A DNA stretch of 64,000 bases, from positions 558,001 through 622,000 of the forward strand of contig MU061537.1 of the NCBI GenBank assembly GCA_013265495.1, written 5' to 3'. This DNA is from Vicugna vicugna. Taxonomy: Eukaryota. The translations under genes were made by a program, and so were the position numbers. This document shows, one piece after another, positions 1-12,300 of this stretch. Within the stretch, counting starts at the first letter, position 1, and each line of letters starts with the position of its first letter. The notes under the pieces were generated by a model. That model was not told the origin of the DNA, ran no database searches, and saw only the letters and a program-made list of their open reading frames with translations.

Positions 1-25
1 AAATTATGACACTGGTACTTTTGTT

Positions 26-31
26 TTTATT
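26..31 (-). terminator. Candidate HORMAD1 poly(A) signal AATAAA
   Basis: AATAAA about 200 nt after the stop; the UTR may extend beyond the window. Confidence 0.4.
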
Positions 32-233
32 CAAAAGTTCTCTTGAATTTGTCTCATATAAAATTCAAGATCACAATATGATAGTCAGCTAAGAACTCAT
101 TTTAGTGTACTAACTGCTTAAAACTACATATAAGTTTTCAGAGGTAGGGCAAACACACCTTAAAATAGTAATACAGTGTCCTTTAGTTTAAATGTTGTGA
201 AGAACTTTGCAAACATGCAGAAAAAAAATTTTT

Positions 234-314
234 TTATATACGTTCCTTTGGTGCTCTAAACTTTCTTCTTTTTGGCACTGACTCTTGACTAGAAGAATCA
301 AACTGACGACGGAC
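234..314 (-). CDS. HORMAD1: HORMAD1 last coding exon (exon 15)
   Basis: cag|[32 protein letters not shown] at 236-234. Confidence 0.95.
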   Translation of the reverse strand, partial: VRRQFDSSSQESVPKRRKFRAPKERI

Positions 315-3300
315 CTGTCAAAAGAAAACAACTGCTAAGGATAGATACTTTCCAGTTTAAATGTCTAATTTTAGATCTTTTTCATGTCTTTCAGGTTCCT
401 TTCTTCCTTCCTCCTTTCTTTTAAAAAATTTTACCTAGCATACTATTTCCTACTAGGATAGGATAACTGGGTTCTTTAAAAGTAGCGTAAATTTTATTAT
501 TGACATATTTATATCTCCTAAGGGCTGCTGAAAGCATATCCTTGCAAAATACAAGGTTTTCATTAGGGTTGTTGGAGTAGTTAAAAAGATAGATTTAACA
601 TTATGTCCTCAAAATAGTAAAGTATTTTGGGGGGATGGAGGGGAGAAAGATTAAAAAATGAGCTGCAAATAGAGAAACATTCCACTTTGGCATCATGTAA
701 AATTTAAATCCCATTTTGTTTTTGTATTGCTGGTGCTTGCAGTGCCTGATAATATTAGACATTCAATGCACACTTCAATGAATGGGAGGATGAATTAGGA
801 AAATTGCTAACAAGATTCTAAGTTATTGAACTTTTATTTTTCTGGTAAAAACTCACTAATGATACAAATTGGATTATGTTTTTGCAGAAAAAATAGTCTT
901 TAAGTTTTCAGTTGTGTAATTTTAACCTACTAATAATACTAAAAATTCTTGTTACAAATATAAATATTTATCTCAGAAATGACAAATACACTAACTGATT
1001 TGGTAAAATAAGTTTCCAAATATAAAGTAAGTGTTACAGGATTTAAGTCAGGAAAAATTTTCTTTCTCTTACGGTACTAGGAAGAGATTCTATACTTTCA
1101 GGGAACACGTGGATTTGGTACCATCTTGTTTCTACTTTAGTTTTGATCTCTAGAAAGCTCAGATCAAATCTGTGGTCCAATTTTAATGCTATATGAATAA
1201 AATGGCCTGAATATTCTTGTACTCTCATTTTCTCATTCTATTCATATTTTTTCCTGACACTGATTTTTATTTTATTATTTCCTCCAATAAAGTCAAATCA
1301 TTCATAGAATAAGACAGTAAATGTTTATATGGAAAAATTAATAAACCAACATAGCACATTTAATTTTAAAATCACCCCCTTTTTTAGACTCAAATATATT
1401 TAAACAAGATTTGGATATCAGAGTTCTGAGGTATATCCAGGAATATTATCACATTTATCATTTTAAGTTTAATCTATAGTAATGATATTCTGATATTTGT
1501 CATTATATTCAGCCTATGTATTATAATAAGACTTACTGTTTTCCCAGATTCAAGTTGACTTCTCTTCCGATTTTCCTTAGAAGATTTTACTTGTTGATTT
1601 CCATTAGCCTCCACAAAGATATAATTATTACTAACTGGTTATTTTTCAAAGAACAACCAACATATTTTTCAACCATACACAACTATATGCAGTTTTAAAA
1701 GAATAACCAACTCCACTGAGATATAATTCAGATACCATAGATTTATCCAATTAAGAGTGTACAATTCAATGATTCTAAGTATATTCAGAGTTGTGCAACC
1801 ATCACCACAGTCAATTTTAGAACACTTTCATCCTCCAAAAAGAAATCTTATACCCTTACAGCTATGACTCTCCTATTCCCCTATCCTCCCACCAGCATTA
1901 AGACTTTCTGTCTCTATAGAAATCTCTATTCTGGACTTTCATATAAATAGCACCATATAATATGTGGACTTTTGTGACTGGCTTCTTTTACTTAGCATAA
2001 TGTTTTCAAGATTCATCCAAGTTGAGCATGTATTGGTACTTCATTCCTTTTTATGGCTGAATAATAATGATCTGCTGTATTGATATACTACATTTTGTTT
2101 ATCTATTCACCTGTTATGAACACTTAGGTTTTCCCCACCTTTTGGCTATTGTTAATAATGCTATATATGCAGTTTTTAAAATGAATATTGGATGATGACA
2201 AATTATTAGCTGTCATATTGCTAGTCTCTAAAAGGACACACTTATTTTCCGATGCCTGAAGTGTACTTTTCAATGGTAACTTCCTTACTATTATTAAATA
2301 TTATTCAGCATTTTCATTCCTTGTCCTTTTCTAACCATAACTCAGTCATTGTTCTCAAAATCAGGAGTATTTTTGTGGAATAAAGAATACTAAAGGATAC
2401 TCAATCTAAATAGAAGCTGCCTAGGAAGAGCATTTTGCTGCTGGAGGTAGTAATTTTTGAACTTCTTTTATCTCTCATTTTCATCTACACACTAGTTCGA
2501 AGCTGCCTTCTGCCAGTTCCAACTTCACACTGAGAATGTAGGAAAAAAGAGCATCTAAAAATGGCACTGTCATCAGTGGTGTGCTGGTAAATGTTCAACA
2601 ACCCATTCTCTGGGAGAAACAAATCCTGAGTTGAGACATTTGCTGATTTCCATGCTATGAATACTTTCATCATGTCCAAGTTGGATGTCACTGAATGAAC
2701 ATTTAGAAAGAAACGCTCCAACACACCACTGTTAGAGTGTGCTATTTGTTTCCTAATGAATATAATCCAAGATATAATATTTTACACATTTTACAAAAAG
2801 CTTTTTCTCCACCTCTGAAACTTTGAGAATAACTTAAAACTCTAAAATAAAATGCAAATTTCTATTTAGTACAAGTCATACCAAAAATTAAAACGAAGCA
2901 GTGGATTTTTTAAAAAAAATTTGAGATTCAATTTATGCAAGATCTATATATATGTATATATATAGACATTCATATTTAATGTCTTATTAATAAGATAATC
3001 CATTTACAAGATAGATCATGGGAACTTTGGCATTCTAGGAAATTTCCTAGGGAGTCTGGATGATAGTGTCACTTCTCAAAGCCTTTCTTGGATTCCCCTC
3101 TCTAATGTACCCTCAGTAAAATTAACCATTCCTTCCTTTGTGCCTCTATGTAGCCTATTCAGATTGCTATCGTGGCCCTACTTGTGGACTTTCAATTACT
3201 AGACTTTCAGCTAAGAGTAGGAAGCATTATTCATGTTTTTATCTATAGCACCTAATAAAGTACCTGACACATAACAGGTGCTTACTAAATGTTGGTCTAA

Positions 3301-6300
3301 TAAACGAAGTACTAAAAGCAAAATAAACAGAATTATGGGGGGAAATTACAAGGTTGGAATGGAAAACAAATCTAAGGAGATGCTTACCATTTTATTCTGA
3401 AATATTTTTCCACTTCTTGTTTTGCTTTCAGACACATCAAGTTCAGATGTTTTACTGACTAACCGCTCAACCTAAAAAAGAAGATAAATACACAAAACCA
3501 CATAAAATAATAATATAAAAGTTTTTTATAACACAATAATGGGGTTAAAAAATTCAATCACATAAAATTTAGAGCCTTGCTATGTTGAATTAATGAAAAC
3601 CAATAATTTTGAATTGGTTCTTACTGTTACAAAAAGTACAAAGGTAAAGGTAGTGAAACTGACACTGTACATAACTGACCATTCATTGAACTGAGAAAGT
3701 CCCAAATTATCTCTAGGTACCACTTTTCCAGAAGATAAGAACTTCAGCCCACTCCCACTGGAGAAGGCATGTACAAAGGAAGGTAGACAATCAATCATCA
3801 GTCCCATTATTTTCATGTTGATATTATCTAAATGTTGCTTCAGAATTTTACTGTATATAGAAAACAAAATTAAACATGTTCTTTTCAAGCAACAAAAACA
3901 CATTCTATACTCCATTGGTAAATGCAAAGGATGGTGGAGTTAATAATTGCTTAAGATTCTGCTTAGCTTTGAAATTCTGAGTCTGTGAACAGTATTTAGG
4001 TTAATTACTAAACAAATCAACCTGTAGTATACTTAAAACTTTTCAAATATAATTCCCAGATTTTGTTAGTAACCATTCTTACTGCCTAATTTTCTTCTTA
4101 AAAAATCCTTAGAATATAAGAAAATCTGAGAGGTAACAAATAAGCATATAAGCAGCAAAGTCTTTTGAAAAAAAATCAAGTTAAAAGTGAGATAGAACTC
4201 TCAAGTTTATACCTGAGAATGAGAAATTGAAAGATCTGGACTTTCTTTAGACCTCATAATTTCATCTTCGTCACAAACTAAACTTTGTTCTAGAAAAAAA
4301 AAAAGTTAAAATGGTATAAAACTGAATTCAAAGTAAATTAATTAATTTACATTTTCATTAACTTCTTACCTCCAAGTTCATAAGATCCAGGGTTTTTTTT
4401 CTGCTTTCCTACTTTAGTTTCAGTGTCAAAATCATCCTACGTAATTATATGAAGGAAAAAGACACATTTCAAAAAGAAATTGAAACAACTGGGTAGAAGT
4501 ATTTATGAACAAATTTGTTTTATGTAAACATTAAATATTACATAACACTACAATGACCTTATTGCTTGCTAGAAATCATGTGGTCCTTTAATTAATATAA
4601 CAAGGCAACTTATTTATCCAAAGTAGAAAATCCTATTTTTCTTTACTTTGCAGGATTGCTTTAAGGCAAATGATAAAATATAGAACTTTATCAAAAACGT
4701 ATGATGGTTCTAAGAATGCTTAGATATTACTATTGTTCAAGGGCACTGAATAAGACATGTTCACACAACAAGCTACCAATTCTACAGCTCTGGAATTTCT
4801 GTATAGCTGTTAGGACACACTTTGAATATGACTCAACCCATCTTCAGGGAGTTAAGGAAGGATAGGCTGAGTATGTATGGCAGAAAAGCAAAGGCTTACT
4901 GTCTACTTTATGATATTATTCCCTTTGTAACATATGTCAAAGAGTTTTGAATATTTTAAAGAATGCTACATAAATCCCAGACATATTTGTTTATAAAGCA
5001 AGACTGGGATTTAGGTTTTAGAAAAAAGATTTCTTCTTCTTTGACTGAATTGATTGAAAATTGAATTTTCTATTTTTAAAGATGTGGCCACAGAACCTAA
5101 ATCAGAATAGTATCTACACATAAGAATTTATGGTCATAATTTAGAATAAAATGAGACAAGAGAAAACAAAGATGAGATTAAAGAACAATCATGTAAATGA
5201 TGAAAGACTTTTTGGGAGTGAGGCTACAACAAAAAAAGCTTTATTTAATACTTCAACTCATTCACTCATTCAACCAATACTGAGAATGCATTATGTAAAT
5301 CTAAGTGCTAGGCACAGGAGGATTATAAAGACGATTAAGACATCTTTCCTCCCTTCCAGGAACTTCCAGGCTGCTTCCGGACACTGACTTGCCAGGCCCT
5401 GAAGAAATTCAAGCACAGGCTTACAAGAGCTCTAAGTAGGGTGTTCTAGAAAAGATTCCAGCATTAGCTGGGGGACTGGAATAGTTCAGTGATTTTCAAA
5501 TTATGCTCTAGGCTAGGGGGTTTCCTCAGAGTCCACTGTGAGGGTAGGTGAGGTGGTGAGTGGCTGGGCCTCCAGGGTCATTCCCTTCTTCATTCAGAAT
5601 ATTTGTGCGTTTAAATTTCTAAGAATAATGTTGTTTGCACCCAGGTAAAAAGTTTTAAAACCACAAGCCTATACCTTCTTTAAGGTCTCTTCCAAACTGG
5701 AGCTTATGATTATACTAAGTATTTATACAAATACTGCTGAGGGCTATTACAGACCTCAGAACTGAATCAAACATTGGTTACAATTGCACTTCATAGCTCT
5801 TTAAATGTGCTTACACTTGTACAGTGCTCCTGTTCATCTTCTAGATCATCTTTGTCCATGAGAATTTTTTGAAGTGGTGTTTTTAACTGTTTTGGTGATA
5901 ATATAGTCGAATCAATATTTTCCATTCGTTCTTTCTCAGTGGTCACTTTTATTTTGAAGGTGTGAAAAGCTGTTGGGACTTCTCCCACATTTAAGTACAT
6001 AGGCTCCCCTTCAAATATCACTCCTTCACAATCACCATCCTTAAAACCAGGAGGCTGGTAATCTGGGGGTGTAACTGCAGAAAAGTAAGTATATACTGTG
6101 CTGTTCATGAAACTGAAGAAAATATAACAATTATTATAAAAAATATATGCAGACTGAAGAAATTTCAAATAGTATAGAAGGGCATATAATAAAAAGTAAA
6201 AACCATTCTCCTACTATCTCTAAGTTCTTATCTTATTCCTTAAAGGTAACCTTTTTCCCCTACACTTTATTGGCTGTGTGGCCTTGAGGAAACTACTTAT

Positions 6301-9300
6301 CATCCTGGATTTGGTTTCCTCATCTGTCAGATGGAGAAAATACTAGTATCGACCTCACAGCGTCATTGTGGGTATTCAAGTCTGTAAAATGCTCAGAACA
6401 GAACTGGCACAGAACACGTATTCAGTAAGTGTAAGTTATTATTGTCTCTGCTTTACGTTCTTCTAGAAGACATTATGCATGTAAAAATATATATATATAA
6501 TATATATATATATAATGTTAAAACACAAATGAGATCATACTATTCTGTACCAAGCTGTTCTTAACATCACTTTTTAATCTGTTTTTAATATTTCTTGGAT
6601 AACTTAATTTATCAGCACATTCTTTTAAACAGCTAGCACAAGCATTATATTATATAGATGCACAATAATTTATTTATCAGTTCTCCAATGAAAGACTGTC
6701 AAGTTGTTTCCAGTTTGTTCCTAGTTTAACCAATGCAATAATGAAAATCTTTATAAACATATAACCTTGCATATTTGTCTAAGTATATTCCCAAGATACT
6801 TTTCTAGCTATAGAATTTCTGGATTAAAGAGAATGTGCACTTAAAATTTTGATACTGCAAAACTGTCCTTTTAAAATGTTTATGGCACCCATATACATTT
6901 CCTCAAGAGTGTATAAAACTGCCTGCTTCCCCTTACACCCTTGTCAATAGTGAGTTTACAAGTTTTACAGATCTGGTAAGTGAAAAATGGTATCTCACTG
7001 CTTCACTTTTTAATTATGAATGATACTGAACTTCACATGTAAATGTTCATATCACTGGAGAAGCTGTGTATATTTTAAAGCCTTTTTTCAAATACTTTTA
7101 TTTCATGTAAAATTTATAATTCCAAAAATATGTAACAATTTAAGTGCTTAAAAACATTTGGGATGGAAACCAACTGTTTCAATAATAATAAAATATACAG
7201 GTACCAACTGAAACAGAATGAATTGGAAATAGTACCTTCATCATAGTAAAAAAGTTTCATGGTCAAACAAACATCATTAGGTAAAGGTCCCAGATTTTGC
7301 ATTAGAACGTAAATCTTGCGAATGAGGAGAATACTTGCTTTCTTGGTGTCAGCAGATGGCATATTAGATTCACTCTTTTGGTTTCTACTAGAAGAGAATC
7401 ACACATTAATTCCTTTTATGAAAACTGTGGCTTCTAATAACATAACTTCACGTTTTACTACTTAAGATTCTTACTATTAAAGCATTAAGTTGTTAAGTTA
7501 AGTTACCATTAAGTGTGTTTTAATGTCACTGATATCACTGTTAATATCATTATTATAAACTAATTTACATATATTAAGTTAATATGCATTTTATATAAGA
7601 TGTTTAAAGGAAACAAATTATGGATTTTCATTATATTTCTAATCACCGAAGCACAAAATAGCTTTCTTACTCTTTGGCTCTGTTTCACAATTAAAATAGT
7701 ATATAACTAGCCACAGAATTCTGGTTTGTGGCCACTCCAAGGATATTTTGTATCCTTGATGGTTAACTGAGGATGTTTGAGAAGTTTCAGAATTATTCCT
7801 GAAGTTTATCTATATAGTATTAATATGGATAAGCAGTAATCTGTAATACAAAAAGAAAACTATAGAACAATACCTTATGAAGTCCATGATCGGTCCATTA
7901 CTGGTGTACTTGAATTTAAATTGGTAACACTCTGAAATTGTCTTAAGTAGAAAATATTGCAGTTATGTATCTGATATACAGTACTGGCAGCCAAGTAGCC
8001 ATATACAGGTTTTGTATGACTCAGCATATATTTAATACTTTTTTCTGCATTCCAATTCCTATTGGTCCATTGAAATTTGAAAGTCCTAATAGTCAATTTC
8101 CACAGTTTGGGCTCTGGGGCTTCAGTGTTGGAGAGTTATTTTCCCACTCACTGCAATGTATGTTTTACATACCAGAGGGAAGGAACTCCTCAGCAGGCAG
8201 GTAAGACAGGCAGCATCTCTCTTACTCTAACAGAATGGCTAAGCACAGGGCTTAAATCCTTCTATATGGTAAACACAAGCAAGTCATTTAAGCCTTAAGT
8301 CTCAGTTTCCCCAGTTAATAAAAGGGGTTGAAAATAGTACCTATCTCATTGGTGCCTGTGAATATTTATCAAATGGGATAATTTATAGAGAGCTCTTAAA
8401 TACTGGCACACTAAGCATTCAATAAACGTTAGTGTATCGGCAATGTTGCTCTTTTAAGTGAAAAAAAAATGTGCAACAACAAATCATCTGAAAATAAAAT
8501 GAACATTTTTCTGTAGTTTCTGAACAAGTAACTTACTGATAGCCTTTGCCTTATAGCAAATGATTTTCTTTGTCACCATGGACATATATTAAGTATTACT
8601 TGCAGGTATGCGTATCAAAGAAAAGACACTCCCAACCGTCTTGAAGTCCTAATACTTTTACTGTTTTCTTTACATTTCACTTCTCACTTAGGGATGGGGT
8701 TAGCTCTCTCTTTTTTAAAAATCTGCTTCTCCATGACTGAATGAAACACCATACTGTAAAGCGGTGTAATGGTTCAGCACTCAGATCATGAACTGGCCTT
8801 CTTAGGTCCAAATTCTGTTTCTGCCACTGTGACCTTAGGTAAGAAACCTTGTGTCTGGTTTTCCTTATCTATAGAGTAGAGATGATAATGGTATTACCTC
8901 ATGATGCTTATGATGAATAAATGAGATAATGCACATAAAGTCCCAAAGAACAGAGCCCAGGAATAGTAACAACTCAATAGATCTTTCCCCTTCATTTCTT
9001 GCCTTCTGGTTTTCCCTTCCATTTTTTATAATCCTTTCTTTCCTTTAATTGTCAGATGAACAGGTAGATGTGACTGGATTGGGGTGACTATGCAAAGATT
9101 AAGGATGAGTATCTTATTTTTTCTCAAACTCAAACCCTTTTATAATTCTATAAAAAGACTATTGTAAAGAACCAGAAGTCAGGAGATTTAGGTTATTTCT
9201 AATGGTTTGTGGCTTTGTGGCCTAGATCAGTCATGTAATCTCTCTTGTAGTAAGTGTATTAATCGATTTAAAGATAACAATATAAACCCTATCTTAACTC

Positions 9301-12300
9301 AAAAAAGTCTTTATGAGGTTCAAATGTGAAAATATATGTGAAAGTGCACTGATAAAAGTACATTGATAAATGCACAATTAGAAGCATAAGATATTATTAT
9401 ATTATACTTTTATGTTACTTTTAGATAATAGAGGCATTATATTTCTCTGACTCAAGCATACTTACCTGAGGGTCTTCTGGATTGGTGTATACCTATTTTA
9501 AAATAATTTACAATTCAGTTATATAAAGCTAAATATTCAAGAAGAACTAAATTGGATGTTTAGACTAAACTATTAAATGAATTCAGAAAACAAAATACAA
9601 AACAACCCCCCAAAATATTACTTTTTTCCACTGGCTAGATCAGTTGTTTGCATATAATGACACAATCAATACATGGTTTTAGTGTTATTTAATTAAGCAA
9701 GGCCAAATTTGACAGTCTTTAAAAAAGAACAACATAATTAAAAAATACTTACAGCTAGAACAACCATCCTTAGCTGAAATATAACAAAGAACAAAAATCT
9801 TTTATTCTATACAATATTTTTTCATGCTGGATCATAAGAATTCTTTGTCCTAGTTCAACATTCATTGCTAAGAAAAATAATCTTGAAGAAAATAGACTTC
9901 ACATCATGCATATAAAGCAATACCTTAGACATCCTTCTCTATTCCCCAAAATATATATTTCTAGTTGACTTACTGAAGGTTGAAATTCATGTCACTGACT
10001 TAAGCAAACAGGGATACTGCTGCCAGTTACAAGGAAAATGCATATTGTGAAATAACACATTAAACCTTACCAATATGACAACCGATTTTGAAAAGAGGAA
10101 AAAGTAGAATTCAGAGCCCTGCTCATTTAGTAAAGGGAATAGACTCTGGAGACCATAGGAGGAGAGCATCAGAGGAAATTATTCACTCAAGTAATCTGTG
10201 AAAAATCAGAGTCATTCTTGATTTGGATCTGTTCCTTATACTCCCAAACCGATCAATCAACAAGTCCAATCAGTCCTACTGCCAGATATAACCTGAATCT
10301 TTTCATTTTTCTCCTCCTTTGCCATCCTGGTCTAAGCCACCATTATTTTTCACCAGTACTGCAGTAATAGATTAAGTGCTAGTCTCCTTAATTCCAATCT
10401 TATTCTCTTTCCACAGTATATTCTCTAAATAGCAGAGTGATTTTTCTTTTAATTTAGAAAATAAATCAAATGATGTCACATTTCTACTCAAAACATTCAG
10501 ATGGCTTTTATTTGCACCTAAAATAAAATCCAAACTCTTTACCTACACAGCCCTGGATGCTCTGGCCCTGAGCTTCTTCCCAGCTTCATCTCCTGCAGCT
10601 CTCCTGCACTGATCCCACTTCAGTCATTCGGGCCTTCTATTTGTTCTTCGAATTCTCCAAACTCCCCTCCAATTCTTTGCATTTGCTGCTCTGTCAAGAA
10701 TATTCTCTCCTAAAATCAATGCCTGGCTGGTTTCTTCTATTTCAAGCCTCAACTTAAATGTCACCTCCTAAGAGAAGTTCCTTTGACTGCCCTATCTAAA
10801 GTTACTCCACCTCTCCATTTGCCACGTATTTTTCCTAAAAATATCCTACTGGATATTATCTGATTTTTTTGTTTTATTGGCTGTTTTCCCACTACAGAAG
10901 GGACCCGCTTTGTCTTGTTGACCACTGTTAGCATACCCAGCTCCTACCTAGGATATGTGCCTAGCACATAGCAGGCACTCAATATTTAATGAATATTAAA
11001 TATTTAATGCCTTATTGAGCTAGGTTAGTGACCATGGATAAAGTTTTATCTTTTTCATATTTTTTTTTAAGAGTCGGACTTCCTTGTTTATGTTGATATA
11101 AACATAAGCTAAGTATACAAAAAGGCTTGTCACAATTTAACCTAGACTACATTTTTGAACTCTCATGAAGAAACAATTTATTAAATCATTGGTATAAACA
11201 AGATTGTAGAAGGCATGTGAAATTAATGAATGAACTTTTTTTTTGGTGGGTTACAGAGATTTTTTTTTAATTGAAGAACAGTCAGTTTACAATGTTGTGT
11301 TAATTTCTGGCGTATAGCATAGTGATTCATTTATACATACATATTATATATATTTACCTCTTCATATTCTTTTTCATTATAGGTCTTTACAGGTATTGAA
11401 TATAGTTCCCTTGAATGAACTATTTTAAAAGACTTTAATTTCATTAATTTTTCTGTAAGTTAATATGTGTTATTAATACAAATGAATGTTAACAATTAAC
11501 CAAAACTGGCTTGGCAAAATTTAAGTATTAATTCTATTAGCTTTAAATGAGTTGAATATCAGTCTTTAAAATATTCAGATTTTCAGTATTTTGGACTGGT
11601 CTATGCCCAAGTTACTTTAAATTAATCTTTTACTACATGATAACTGCTGTTACATTCATAGAATATAAACTGTAGAAAAAAAGAAAAAAGAGACATTGAC
11701 TTACGTATTTTTTCTGTAAAGCATCATAGCATCCTAACATCCTAAAAAATAACCAAGGATTAGTTTTTAGAATGAGTGCACTTCCAGAAAATAGTTTTGT
11801 TAGTAAGTCTCCATATTATCTCATTACTAAATAACACGATTTTCCTATTAAAGCTCCCTTCTTAACTAGCTTAAAACAATAAAACAAAACAAATAATGTG
11901 GCAGAAACGTAACTGTCAATAGGAGATGGGAGGGAAGGAAGACAGAATGTATCTGACAGCTATTTGTGAGGAACAGCAATAGGAGAATGAAGCCTGCTCA
12001 CGTGGAGCATGAAATAAAGGAAAATTTTAATGCAAAAATCCAAAGACCTGAAAAAATGGTATCCAGTGTTACAGAAGGAAATCACTAAAACTGGGTTAAA
12101 CACTTAAAGATATCCAAAGTACAAAGAAAATGTGATTTTAGAAAAAAATAATTTTCTTTCATTAGGTATTTTACTCACCACTTCACTAACTGCGAAGATC
12201 CTGGACAACTTTTGTCTTCTCTCAGAATTTTGACACAAAGATCTAAATATAAAAGTGATGATATAAACATAGAGCTACTTAAGAAGTAAACAACTAGAAA

